A stretch of 64,000 nucleotides of DNA from Candidatus Versatilivorator sp. (GTDB taxonomy: Bacteria; Acidobacteriota; Terriglobia; Versatilivoradales; Versatilivoraceae). Positions 11,601 through 18,690 of the stretch are shown here, piece after piece. Both the position numbers and the translations under genes were made by a program. Every line of letters starts with the position of its first letter. Within the stretch, counting starts at the first letter, position 1. The notes under the pieces are model-generated. The model did no database searches. It saw only the letters and a list, made by a program, of their open reading frames with translations, and was not told the DNA's origin. The stretch is from positions 2,447,953 to 2,511,952 of the forward strand of contig CBDAOQ010000003.1 of assembly GCA_965198125.1 (NCBI GenBank), read 5' to 3'.

Positions 11601-14230
11601 GGGAGGCGCCGGACTACGAGACTCCGGGGGATGTGGAGAGCGAGGAACCTCAAAGCAGAGCAGCAGACAACGAATACATCGTGGTGGTAGAGGTCAGGAG
11701 CGGTGAGGGAGAGAGGGAGCGGAAGGGGAGCCGAGCGATCCGGGTGCGGGTCAGTGACGAGGAGGAGCCGCCGGAGATCACCAGTCTGGGCCCGTTCGAG
11801 GTCGTGGAGAACCAGACGAGGGTGGGGCAAGTGGAGGCGGTAGACCAGGACAAGCAGGACGAGATTACAGAGTACGGGATAGCGGGGGGAGCGGACGGGG
11901 GGCTGTTTGCGGTGGAAGCGGAGACGGGGGAGCTGCTGTTCCGGGAGGCGCCGGACTATGAGGCTCCGGGGGATGTAGCCAGTGACGATCCCCAGAGCGC
12001 AGCGGGGGACAACGAATACATCGTAGTGGTAGAGGTAAGGAGCGGTGAGGGAGAGAGGGAGCGGAAGGGGAGCCGAGCGATCCGGGTGCGGGTGAGTGAC
12101 GAGGAGGAGCCGCCGGGGGCACCGGCAGCGCCGGCGGTGACGGCGGAAGGCAGCGACAGTTTGAAGGTAAGCTGGAGAGAGCCGGAGAACCGAGGACCTG
12201 AGATCGTGGACTATGAGGTGCGCTACCGGGAGGCAGACGAGGCAGGTTACCGCGATGGGGGGCACGAGGGGAGGGGTCTGGAGGTGAGGCTGTCGGGGCT
12301 GAAGGAGGGGACGGTGTATGAGGTACAGGTGAGGGCGGTCAACCAGGAGGGGATGAGTGAGTGGTCGGAGCCGGGGGAAGGGCGGACGGACACGGAGGAG
12401 GCCGACCCGGAGGAACCGGACCCGGAGGATCCGTCGGACCTCACCGAGGGGGACCTGGAGGGGAGGCGTCTGACCCTGCGTCAAGCCGATGCAGACGGGA
12501 CCACACGAAGCCTTGAGCTGCGGTTTGGGGAGGACAACCGGTTCGAGCAGATCGAATCGGGGGGGCAGGAGGCCGCCACCCGGAGCGAGGACGCCTCCCG
12601 ATCGGGCACTTACACCTATGAGCAGATAGGCCCCCACATGGGAACGGTGAGCCTGGCCTACGATGACGGGGCCTCCTGCGAGCTCCGATTGAGCTTCACC
12701 GAGACGGGAGTGGGCGCGTTCGCCTTTGACTGCGGCGAGGGGGACCCGGCCGAGGGGAGCTTCCGGCTGACGACGGGGTCGTTGTTTGTTCCGGTGATTC
12801 TGTCGGCGGCGGGGCGCAGCAACTCCTTCTTCACTTCGGAACTGACGCTGACCAACCGGGGGGAGCGGGAGGTGAGGCTCGATTACGCCTACACGGCCCA
12901 CAGGGGAGGGGGCAGCGGGAAGACTTCTGATGTGCTTGCACCCGGCATGCAAAAGATCGAGACCGACGCCCTGACCTATCTGAGGGGTCTGGGGGTGCCG
13001 ATTCCGGAGACGGGCAACCGGATCGGGACGCTGAGGGTGGAGGCGCGGCTGGGGTCGGAGGTGGAGGCGGTGGTGCGGACGACCACGCTGGTGCCTGAGG
13101 GACGGGCGGGGCTGGCCTACCTGGGGGTAGCGGAGGAGGAGGGCTTTGACGAGGCGGTCTATCTGTGCGGGTTGCGGCAGAACAGCCGGGACCGCTCCAA
13201 CGTCGCCTTCCAGAACATGGGGGCAGAGGAAGAGGGTGCGATCACCGTGAGGACCACGGTGTATTCGGGGGAGGCGACAGACACCAATGCCCGGGTGCTG
13301 GAAGACATAGAGCTGGAGCCGGGAGGGTTTCACCAGTACTCGGGGCTGCTGGGCGTGCTGGGGGTTCCGGCCCAGGGCTACGTCAAGGTGGAGCGGGTGG
13401 AGGGGACCGCACCCTTCTACGCCTACGGGGTGATCAACGACCAGGCGAACTCGGACGGGTCGTTTGTCTTTCCGGTGACGGCGAGTTCTCTGGAGGGCAC
13501 GGCGGGGCAGACCCTGCCGGTGATTGTGGAGACGAGCGAGTTCACCAGCGAGCTGATGGTGACGAACTTCTCCGAGGAGCCCAGGAGGCTGGATTTCCAG
13601 TTTGTGGCCGAAGGGATCGAGGCGGACGACAAGACGGTGGGCTTCAGCATGGAGCTGGAAGCCGGCGAGCAGCAGATCATCCCTGAGCTGGTCGAAGAGC
13701 TGCGCCGCGAGGAGATGGCGGGACTGGGCACGACCCGGGGTTTCTATTTGGGACCGTTGTTGGTCACGGCCGAAGAGGGGGACCTGAGCGGGATCGTGAT
13801 CGGGGCCAGGACGGGCTCGGAGGGAGGCGGGGGACAATACAGCGTCTTCTACAACGCAGTGCCGGAGGGTGAGGCTTTCACGATGGAGGCTTGGGTGGAG
13901 GGACTGCAGCAGAATGAGGAGAACCGGAGCAACCTGGCGCTGGTCAACACCGGGGAGGTGGACGGGAGCGCCAGCGTCTTTCATCTGGAGATCTACGACG
14001 GAGAGACGGGGTTGCTGGCCGAGACGGTGGTGACCAAGCCGATCCCGGCCCGGGGCTGGCATCAGATCAACGGGATTTTGGGCAGCTACGCCCCGGAGAC
14101 CCGGCAGGGGTACATCCGGATCGAGAAGGTGTCGGGGCAGAACCCCTTCCTGGCCTACGGGGTGGTCAACGACGGCGGAGCCCCGGGAGAGCGGAGCGGA
14201 GACGGAGCTTATCTGCCGGCCCGGGAGTAG
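2639..14230 (+). CDS. Giant secreted multi-repeat surface protein (3863 aa): signal peptide, YTYQW-type Ig-like repeats, PEP-utilizing His domain + PPDK_N ATP-grasp-like module, SwmB/Big-like 225-aa repeats, cadherin-like repeats, four FN3 domains, triplicated C-terminal beta-rich domain
   Basis: Single 11.6-kb ORF with coherent domain content end to end. N-terminus MHMTHYAPRITSPARAARPRTRRIHPLAATLVLATAALLATPDPAQAQA looks like a Sec signal peptide. Motif AGIISTVPQTPLSHVNLRAVQDGIPNAFIRNA fits the PEP-utilizing mobile domain. FGVKAANVAVLGTLGFPAGTVPAGFAIPFYFY fits the PPDK-type PEP/pyruvate-binding ATP-grasp N-domain. Cadherin-like units carry DYE motifs; FN3 units end in VYEVQVRA. Confidence 0.85.
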   Translation: MHMTHYAPRITSPARAARPRTRRIHPLAATLVLATAALLATPDPAQAQACPAPTLTGRQQIWTGTVTVGTRIAGGRTSYYGFEATTDPTTGALSDTMFDIGSNSHTIVRIFVDADGDVGALEFGLSSSLTTIEVASLRLHVCGVDYDFADATTFGTQPTYYWDSAGLDWSSVTSRTLYLSVPAAAASTPAAGAPTITGRAQVGQTLTVVTTGIMDADGLASPSYTYQWIRVDTDSTETDISGATSDLYYPVAADEGTTIKVKVSFTDDASNAETRTSVATGTVAEAQGDPEEPCPGGGYNPTPVAVAVTAVPIVVASTTADYFVLYVRHTVGETTTVEVPVLVTLGKADTTTLAENVEALPGERYRVEKYLITDPADVDGDCVDDITELGDPVGMNPVNPAPAIAFSDGAVAIPDRETFETLAFHQETVKFVLIGMDTDRPGVYFSATDTHRGHPSFLDAVGIDRDQSGLVTGWIVHDSKLVAPDGSQGVYYYQLLPRNTGAGFSLLSRSYTLLAASMPLLDENLALHISNDELRSLRSSLSLYRESRIALVFDDDVLRGADFLALNPGEGFGLLRSLDPDERPTPRDVVIYETLPNNLPRVAGIISTVPQTPLSHVNLRAVQDGIPNAFIRNALEDTDIEPLIGSYVHYTVTQQLRPLLAGSPPGPPDGWALRAATLAQVEAHYAASRPSQAQTPEFDLSVTGIKPLSEIGFEDWKAFGVKAANVAVLGTLGFPAGTVPAGFAIPFYFYDEFMKHNDFYTRIDTMLADPDFQSKFDTQDDMLDDLRDDIKDAETPPWIIAAIVEMNEGFSEGINRRYRSSTNNEDLPGFNGAGLYDSKSQKPSEDEDDLAKSLKEVYASLWNFRAFIERDFHRIDHKAAAMGVLVHPSYQDELANGVAVSFDPIYGGDERYYVNTQLGEDLVTNPDAQSVPEEILLHRSGGNYSVLATSNQVPPGQLLMRNSQLNQLADRLTVIHDHFKALYNPAPDEPFAMEIEFKITSEDILAIKQARPWVFDNARDAPSPPPPPPANTPATGAPTITGTARVGETLTAATTGIMDADGLTSPSYTYQWIRVISSVDADISGATSSTYTLVAADLGTTIKVKVSFTDDDGDAETRTSAATATVVAAMATNTPATGAPTITGTAQVGQTLTAVTTGIMDADGLTSPSYTYQWIRVISSTDADISGATSSTYTLVAADADTTIKVKVSFEDDNSNAETRTSATTATVVAAMATNTPATGAPTITGTAQVGETLTAVTTGISDADGLASPTYTYQWIRVETDSTETDISGATASTYTLVAADLGKTLKVKVTFTDDASNSETRTSAATAVVASAATTPTISAVAVTSTPQLETDTYGEGEEIQFTVTFSEAVTVTGMPQFVFSLGNAGDTRRVNAGYDPAASTDTELVFAYTVVSTDEDDNGIFILDDATVSGTAGSGSIVLGLDGSIVGKTSEVPASLAHSVRGAQSGHKVDGVRPSFLSAAVDGASLTLTYDEPLDGSSTPDAGDFTVSGGDYTRTVTRVSVSGSTVALTLNVGAEHLETGIQVSYTPGMERKRLRDVPGNEALGLSREPVTNDTPDTTSPTVSSLVITSNPGGDQIYAAGDEIELTVTFSETVEVEGTPQLRLRVGSRNRTAGYLRGTDTAAVVFGYEVAEGESDTDGVGVEADSLTGGTIRDGADNNALLSHDGLAADARHKVDGVRPSFLSAAVDGASLTLTYDEPLDGSSTPDAGDFTVSGGDYTRTVTRVSVSGSTVALTLNVGAEHLETGIQVSYTPGMERKRLRDVPGNEALGLSREPVTNDTPDTTSPTVSSLVITSNPGGDQIYAAGEVIELTVRFSETVVVTGTLRLRLRVGSRNRTAGYLRGTDTAAVVFGYEVAEGESDTDGVGVEADSLTGGTIRDGADNNALLSHDGLAADARHKVDGVRPSFLSAAVDGASLTLTYGEGLDEGSRPAPGDFTVEVDGSGRSVSGVSVSGSVVTLTLDPAVEHGDTGIRVSYTVPTGAGANPIRDAVGNNARGLSNRSVTNTTGAPNTAPEITTRGPLSVGENLAVVRRLAARDTDPGDEVTGWEIVGGADQSQFSMASDTGELSFQTPPDYEDPTDEASTDPPSGAGDNEYVVRVEVRSGAGVRELEAEQTFTIRVTDEREPPEVPEAPVISGETADSLTVSWSEPENTGPAITDYDVQYREKGTGRFIDGDQQGPGRTLTLSDLEPGTVYEVQVRATNDEGTSDWSESGEGMTITPVTLEMMAMEEPPVSGPFTVRFSFSEPVTGFGGSDVETGQDPACVDDQNNTVFCDPGIGALQTADDRVFTTTVTPGTDRVAHSYTLTLTVPGGAVRSSVGSKPNEEPEEPLEVRVSPPGVEEPISSLGLRTSGGNGTVRLSWNLPSDNGGSAIIRYEYRFAPAGEAWSEWENVGAGTSGVMVGNLINGREYVFEVRAVNALGKGGAETVQATPERRITPRSPPPGGGGGGGGGGGGLLFPPGAPASLMAMAGEGAVRLEWSPPESDGGTPILRYEYRLKEGRGQFGEWTPIADSAPDEVNAAGYTVEGLGNGTVYVFELRGVNLVGEGPVSEAVEVVMGLDRAYGSNFLAGDLQGGEASLERGPFGGGPQSLRLRFGAGLRFEESELDGEGEVTETRLGSYGYRYTSRTTGELSLDYDGGEACEVRLTFSGEGAGSYSYRCGGALRGQGSFRLTGLNRGPEVTSTGPFEVVENQAMVGQLEAADPDEGDGITGYGIAGGADGALFAVVGETGELMFREAPDYETPGDVASEDPQSGAADNEYIVVVEVRSGEGERERKGSRAIRVRVSDEEEPPEITSVGPFEVMENTTTVVQLEAADPDEGDEVTGYGIAGGADGALFAVVEETGELLFREAPDYEDPGDVENAEPASGAGDNEYIVVVEVRSGEGERERKGRRAIRVRVADEEEPPEITSPGPFEVVENQARVGQLEAVDQDKQDEITEYGIAGGADGGLFRVVEETGELMFREAPDYETPGDVESEEPQSRAADNEYIVVVEVRSGEGERERKGSRAIRVRVSDEEEPPEITSLGPFEVVENQTRVGQVEAVDQDKQDEITEYGIAGGADGGLFAVEAETGELLFREAPDYEAPGDVASDDPQSAAGDNEYIVVVEVRSGEGERERKGSRAIRVRVSDEEEPPGAPAAPAVTAEGSDSLKVSWREPENRGPEIVDYEVRYREADEAGYRDGGHEGRGLEVRLSGLKEGTVYEVQVRAVNQEGMSEWSEPGEGRTDTEEADPEEPDPEDPSDLTEGDLEGRRLTLRQADADGTTRSLELRFGEDNRFEQIESGGQEAATRSEDASRSGTYTYEQIGPHMGTVSLAYDDGASCELRLSFTETGVGAFAFDCGEGDPAEGSFRLTTGSLFVPVILSAAGRSNSFFTSELTLTNRGEREVRLDYAYTAHRGGGSGKTSDVLAPGMQKIETDALTYLRGLGVPIPETGNRIGTLRVEARLGSEVEAVVRTTTLVPEGRAGLAYLGVAEEEGFDEAVYLCGLRQNSRDRSNVAFQNMGAEEEGAITVRTTVYSGEATDTNARVLEDIELEPGGFHQYSGLLGVLGVPAQGYVKVERVEGTAPFYAYGVINDQANSDGSFVFPVTASSLEGTAGQTLPVIVETSEFTSELMVTNFSEEPRRLDFQFVAEGIEADDKTVGFSMELEAGEQQIIPELVEELRREEMAGLGTTRGFYLGPLLVTAEEGDLSGIVIGARTGSEGGGGQYSVFYNAVPEGEAFTMEAWVEGLQQNEENRSNLALVNTGEVDGSASVFHLEIYDGETGLLAETVVTKPIPARGWHQINGILGSYAPETRQGYIRIEKVSGQNPFLAYGVVNDGGAPGERSGDGAYLPARE
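5729..6646 (+). repeat. Intragenic tandem repeat, 3 x 306 bp (102-aa YTYQW Ig-like units); a diverged fourth copy lies near 3187-3495
   Basis: Unit starts near 5731, 6037 and 6343 (PATGAPTITGTAQVG...SYTYQWIRV...TTIKVKVSF); DNA identity between units is about 90%. Confidence 0.7.
7046..8470 (+). repeat. Intragenic near-identical tandem repeat, 2 x 675 bp plus about 75 bp of a third unit
   Basis: CACAAGGTGGACGGGGTCCGGCC recurs at 7046, 7721 and 8396. Antisense track ORFs 7194..7385 and 7869..8060 encode identical peptides, so the units are close to 100% identical at DNA level. Confidence 0.85.
10039..10074 (+). repeat. Simple GGN repeat encoding a 12-residue poly-glycine linker
   Basis: ggg ggc ggc ggc ggc gga ggt ggc ggt ggc gga ggc, in frame within the giant ORF (PPPGGGGGGGGGGGGLL). 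Confidence 0.8.
10748..12115 (+). repeat. Intragenic tandem repeat, 4 x 342 bp (114-aa cadherin-like units); a diverged fifth unit lies near 8740-9080
   Basis: Unit boundaries at GAGGTCACC / GAGATCACC / GAGATTACC / GAGATCACC (10748, 11090, 11432, 11774). Each encodes ...GPFEVVEN...TGYGIAGGADG.LF.V..ETGEL.FREAPDYE...DNEYIVVVEV.... Confidence 0.75.
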
Positions 14231-14417
14231 TAACCTGCACTATCTTGCTGCTGCATTAGGTTTTACCCCTGATAACTACCTTTATCATGGTACGACATTC
14301 TTCGTCACTGCCTCTTTCTCCCTTTAAGCTGGAAGGAGGTGCCGATGATCTCTTTGCTCACTTGGTAGAGCTTGTCTTGAAAGACACTCTGGAGTGGATT
14401 ACAGCGTAGTGTTGTAC

Positions 14418-15650
14418 TCAACTGCCCTCTTGTCCATTGCACACGGAGATCTGGAAATTCCCAGGATCCTCCAGCCAGAAGCTACTTACGCGTATATAGT
14501 ACGTGCCCGTTGAGAGATCCTTAACCAAGGAAGAATAAAACAAAGCATTTTCACTGCCGTCGTCGTCATCGCCAAGAAGCCTCCACGGATTTTTGGCATA
14601 CAGATGGATGATTGTGTCCACACCGCTCCCAGATTTCGGCGGGGAGGTTTTGATCGTATATTTGTCGTTCTCCGTAACATCCAGCTTGAACCAGAGGGCT
14701 TCGTCTTTATCAAGAGGCTGACCTACCAACTTGCAGTCCGCTGATAGCTCTTGCACATCTTCGTCGCTGGGGCGCTCGTGCTCTTCAACGAAAACGGCAT
14801 CTTTTTGTGGCACCTCCGATCTCTTGTTAACCATTAGGGTGTACCCTCCACGTCTCCCCTCATAGCTGGACACGCGCAGATTATAGTTACCGGCATCCAG
14901 CTCCTTTTGCAGCACCGAGTAGGTATCATCACCACTGTCGTCGTCGACCCCTATCTGATTGTTGTTACTGTCGTAGAGCACGATCACGGTGTCGACACCA
15001 GTCGCCGCTGGCTCCGGCTCACTGGTTCTAATAATGTAGTCACTCGTCTCGTCGATTCTGAACTTGTACCAATTGTCGGCATATTCACTAAAGAGGCCGA
15101 CGACCTGGCTACCATCAGGCGTAAGTGGGACTACTCCCCGGCGGGGAAGCGTTTTCCTGTGCTGTAACCCAACCGTCGGACTATCCGGCAACTGCGTGAC
15201 TGTCTGTCTGTTCAAATAGTCGCGCACCATCTTTCCGTGTTCGGTGAGTTTGGCCTCCTGAACATTCGCTCCTTCGAAAGTCGCGAGTCCCAGTGTCCAG
15301 ATATCGCGCATGCTCAAGAGAAATGATATATTTTCATTTTCAGACGACCTGTCTACGTGTGCCTGCCAGTTCTGACCGAGAGCCAGTTCCTTGAAGTCCC
15401 TCTCAGCACCTGCGTTTCGCAACAACGTCAGCGAGTCGGCTACCGACGCGTCTCTGGACAAATCTCTGATGTTCGTTGCCACCTTAGTGACTGCGTTGCT
15501 CTGTTTGGCCTGACCGGCGTCTTCTGGCAGGTTCTGCAGGGTCTCGACGGTGTTCATGGCGAGTGCCTTGATCAGACCGCTCGCGTCTGTATCGCTGGCG
15601 GCTGTCGGTTGTTTTGCTTGAGAGTGGGACAGTAACCGGCCACCCAGCAC
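14418..15650 (-). CDS. Protein with two tandem PPC (bacterial pre-peptidase C-terminal) domains; low-GC gene
   Basis: Two units matching PPC consensus: DTVIVLYDSNNNQIGVDDDSGDDTYSVL..L.AGNYNLRVSSYEG..GGYTLMV and DTIIHLYAKNPWRLLGDDDDGSENALFYSS.VKDLSTGTYYIRVSSF. No signal peptide at either candidate start (GTG 15650 or ATG about 15557). Confidence 0.6.
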   Translation of the reverse strand: MLGGRLLSHSQAKQPTAASDTDASGLIKALAMNTVETLQNLPEDAGQAKQSNAVTKVATNIRDLSRDASVADSLTLLRNAGAERDFKELALGQNWQAHVDRSSENENISFLLSMRDIWTLGLATFEGANVQEAKLTEHGKMVRDYLNRQTVTQLPDSPTVGLQHRKTLPRRGVVPLTPDGSQVVGLFSEYADNWYKFRIDETSDYIIRTSEPEPAATGVDTVIVLYDSNNNQIGVDDDSGDDTYSVLQKELDAGNYNLRVSSYEGRRGGYTLMVNKRSEVPQKDAVFVEEHERPSDEDVQELSADCKLVGQPLDKDEALWFKLDVTENDKYTIKTSPPKSGSGVDTIIHLYAKNPWRLLGDDDDGSENALFYSSLVKDLSTGTYYIRVSSFWLEDPGNFQISVCNGQEGS

Positions 15651-15919
15651 TTGCCCGCCTCCGCCCGAAAAACTGCCCTACCCATCAACAGGGCCACGAT
15701 GAGAATGGCTGCACCGAGGAACATCGAGGCAATACCGGGCCCTCCGCCATTAATCGAAATGGTCACCAAATGGGTTCTCATTTCTGCCTGAGTTGAACTG
15801 GTGGTATCGACTGCGTGTTCGTACATCTGAAATCCAAGATAGATGGCAAAGATGGCTCCAAGTACGATAACAATGTCCTTGAAGCCCTGCCAGTCGATGG
15901 CCGACATGAAGCCTTCCAT
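15572..15919 (-). CDS. Small membrane protein (two predicted TM helices); possibly the frameshift-separated N-terminal anchor of the PPC-domain protein
   Basis: Hydrophobic stretches IVIVLGAIFAIYLGF and IASMFLGAAILIVALLMG. Its 3' end overlaps the start of 14418..15650 in a different frame. Confidence 0.4.
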   Translation of the reverse strand: MEGFMSAIDWQGFKDIVIVLGAIFAIYLGFQMYEHAVDTTSSTQAEMRTHLVTISINGGGPGIASMFLGAAILIVALLMGRAVFRAEAGKCWVAGYCPTLKQNNRQPPAIQTRAV

Positions 15920-16425
15920 GTGCTGTTCCCCTATCGTAGTTAGGCCACGAGTTGAGTCGACCAGCGACTATCGCTGATTAAAGTAGTGAACAGTCTCTGG
16001 AGCGAAATCATGATTGTGAAAAGCAATGAGGTGATGGCCTAAGGCTGGTTGACATAATGCCGCTTATCGGCAGTCCGACGGGCTTGAGACTCATTGCCCG
16101 AGGCCCGGCGGGCATTGGCAGTTGCCCTGGCCCAAGGCCGTCAGCCGGTCGCAGGCCGCCCGGATCTCCCGCCGCCGAGACTCGATCTGCTCCGGGGTCG
16201 AGGAGCTGCCGGTCGCGATCGCACACTCGGCTCCCGCCGCCTGCAGCGCAAAGGAACGGACCTGCAGGCCCACGCTTGCCGGACACCACGAAAATCCCAG
16301 GTTCGACACACCCCCGGGGGGATTCGGATAGCCCGGCACTTGGCACCCACCCCCGCCCGCCCTGCCGCTTCTGGGCTGGCTCTGTCTCCGGCTGGACCTT
16401 CGCACCTCCTCGCCATCCTCAAAGG

Positions 16426-16754
16426 TCACATCGACGAGACCTCGACGGTCCCGTCTGGGTAGCGCACGACCCACTGGCTGTGCTTCTTCCCCTCCACAAA
16501 CGGGCCTTCCTGGACACCGCCGTCCGCCAAGCGCAAGACCCACTGGCCGTGGGAAAGGTCAGGCCGTGCTCTTTCTGCAGGGCGACGATCTTACCCATCA
16601 GCTCCAGAGCCCCTTGGGGGTCTTTGGCTTCCATCAGCCGGTCCGCACGCAACAGATACCGGTCCACCTGGATCTCCGGCGGTAGTTGCGCCGCCGCCGT
16701 GACACATCCCAGCCAGACTGCCAAGACAATCCTTCCGATCACTTCCCTAGCCAT
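16426..16754 (-). pseudogene. Small secreted MORN/YwqK-type repeat protein with an apparent +/-1 frameshift near 16541
   Basis: MAREVIGRIVLAVWLGCVTAAA signal-like N-terminus (ATG at 16752-16754, AGAGGG 8 nt upstream). After ...KEHGLTFP the frame goes to junk, while the adjacent frame reads GQWVLRLADGGVQEGPFVEGKKHSQWVVRYPDGTVEVSSM*, a MORN-type repeat. The shift maps to the run tttccca. Confidence 0.4.
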
Positions 16755-17168
16755 TCTGATACCCTCTGAATCGTTGAACTCTACCGGCCAGGCTGTCGTT
16801 TCTCGATCTCTGGCATACCTGATACCATGATCCAATACGCGTCCGTTAGGTAGAGGCCGCCTTATTCGCTGACCGATACCGTCGCGCCATCCTCACCGGG
16901 AAGAGGTCCTCCGTCTATGCCTGAACGAGGGCTTTACCGTTTCAATATGGGTTTTGGGTACAGGCCGATCGGAACCCGGGATAGTGTCTTCGTCGTCTCC
17001 GTGCAAACACTAACGCTGTGATGAGGGTAACAGCGTTGGAGGCAGAATCAGTTGCGCTTACGCCCCAATCAACAATGGAAATGAGCGATCAACAAATTAT
17101 TCATCCGTTTTCTTAGCGGCCCTTCCTGGTTCTTCGTACCCCTTGGTGGATAACTCGTTTCATTAGCG

Positions 17169-18341
17169 ATGCTTCGACGCGAGCTGAAATTCTACTGGAT
17201 CGCCCTGTCGGCGGACTTCGCCTACATGTTGTTCGTCTTCACGGTGACCCGCCTGATGGCCGAAAATCAGGCCAGCCTGATGGCTCTGGGAATGCTGGGG
17301 GCGGTCTCCGCGCTTGGCTTCGGCCTGGGGGCTCCGATCGGAGGCTGGGCTTCTGACGTCTGGGGCGGGCGCCGCGTCATCGCCTTCGGCGCCACCGCCC
17401 AGGCATTGGTCCTGCTGGCATGCATCCAATGGCATTCCGACCATCAATGGTTCTACCTGTATGCGCCGATTTCAGGCGCCTCGGTCGGGGTGATGCTTCC
17501 CCCGGTCATCGCCTGGTTGACCCGGGGAGGGCTGGCGCAGCTTGGCGCCAGGCTGCAGGGCCGGCGGCTGTTCCGGTTCTGTCTGTCCTGGAACCTGGGA
17601 ATGATCGGGGGGCAGACCTTGGGGGGCTGGCTCTATCCCTTCGGCCCCACCCTGCCCCTGCTGGTGGGGGTGGTGCTGATGCTGGGCGTGCTGGTTCGGA
17701 CCGGTTTCCGGATCGCTGCTCCCACTCCCGCCGCCTTGCCACCGTCCGAGCGGGAGGCGGCCGTGGTTCCCAAGTCCGCCCGCACCTTCGTCTACCTGGG
17801 CTGGCTGGCCAACGTGGCCAGCGCCATGGGGGTGAGCGTCATCATCCACCTCTTTCCCCATCTGGCCACCGAGTTGGAGATCAGTGCTCCCATCCACGGC
17901 CTGATGGTGGCCACCAACCGGTCCGTGGTCATCATCATCTATTCGCTGATGTTTTGGTTGACCTTCTGGCGTTACCGTTTTTCCGCCGCCCTGCTGGCGC
18001 AACTGTGCGCCCTGGCCGGCCTGACGCTGCTCGCCTCCAGTCGAACCGTCCCGTTCTTGACCTTGGGCCTGATCCTGTTTGCGTTGCTGTCGGGCTACAA
18101 TTACTTTTCCAGCATTTTCTACAGCACCACCACCTTCGACCGCAGGCGGCAGGGACTGGCCAGCGGCATGCACGAAGCCAGCCTGGCGGTGGGCTTTGCC
18201 GCGGGCTCCCTGGGCGGGGGCCTGGTGAGCCTGTGGCTGGGGCCCCGGGCCCCTTACCAGACAGTGGCCCTGGTGGTGGTGTTGACGACAGCGGTCCAGT
18301 CCTGGGTCCACTGGAAGGGGAGGAGACACGACACTTCCTGA
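17169..18341 (+). CDS. MFS-family transporter (10-12 TM helices)
   Basis: 390 aa, almost entirely hydrophobic helices with short loops; G/A-rich MFS-like motifs such as GGWASDVWGGRRV. Confidence 0.75.
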   Translation: MLRRELKFYWIALSADFAYMLFVFTVTRLMAENQASLMALGMLGAVSALGFGLGAPIGGWASDVWGGRRVIAFGATAQALVLLACIQWHSDHQWFYLYAPISGASVGVMLPPVIAWLTRGGLAQLGARLQGRRLFRFCLSWNLGMIGGQTLGGWLYPFGPTLPLLVGVVLMLGVLVRTGFRIAAPTPAALPPSEREAAVVPKSARTFVYLGWLANVASAMGVSVIIHLFPHLATELEISAPIHGLMVATNRSVVIIIYSLMFWLTFWRYRFSAALLAQLCALAGLTLLASSRTVPFLTLGLILFALLSGYNYFSSIFYSTTTFDRRRQGLASGMHEASLAVGFAAGSLGGGLVSLWLGPRAPYQTVALVVVLTTAVQSWVHWKGRRHDTS

Positions 18342-18396
18342 CCCGGCGTCATTTTCTCCTTGAATATCGTAGCAACTAGTTGCTACCTTATGGTGT

Positions 18397-18690
18397 ATGA
18401 GATCAGTCGGAATCAAAGTGCTGAACAACCGCCTGAGCGAGTACGTGCGGCTGGCAGCTTCGGGAGAAACCGTTCTGGTGACAGACCGGGACCGGGTCGT
18501 CGCGGAGATCAGTCCTCCGAAATCAACCAGGAGCCCAGTTCTTGCTGACGCGCTGCTGGCCGAGGCGGTGCGCAAGGGTTGGTTGACGCCGCCCCTGCTG
18601 CCGGTTGTCGGGGAGCCTCAGACACCGGGGCCGGTGGCGCCACTCCGCGACCTTCTCTCCGAATTGGAGAGTGATCGAAGCGAACGGTGA
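18397..18690 (+). CDS. Type II antitoxin, Phd/YefM (prevent-host-death) family; partner of the downstream PIN toxin
   Basis: N-terminus IKVLNNRLSEYVRLAASGETVLVTDRDRVVAEI is typical of Phd/YefM; 97 aa; stop overlaps the vapC start (ATGA at 18687-18690). Confidence 0.7.
   Translation: MRSVGIKVLNNRLSEYVRLAASGETVLVTDRDRVVAEISPPKSTRSPVLADALLAEAVRKGWLTPPLLPVVGEPQTPGPVAPLRDLLSELESDRSER

Noticed and set aside
9818-14062. Very long antisense ORFs (for example 9818..14062 minus 1414 aa, 4367..7048 minus, 8057..9613 minus, 19324..21477 minus, 56980..59880 minus, 36731..38767 plus, 30869..32773 plus)
   Set aside because: They lie opposite well-supported genes. Their translations are Arg/Pro/Gly-rich low-complexity strings typical of stop-poor frames in about 70% GC DNA. 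No domain motifs.
16057-16830. Plus-strand ORFs 16057..16830, 16094..16462 and others in the GC-rich patch
   Set aside because: Translations are junk-like. The minus strand shows a MORN repeat and a high-GC3 frame, so the plus ORFs are taken as artefacts.
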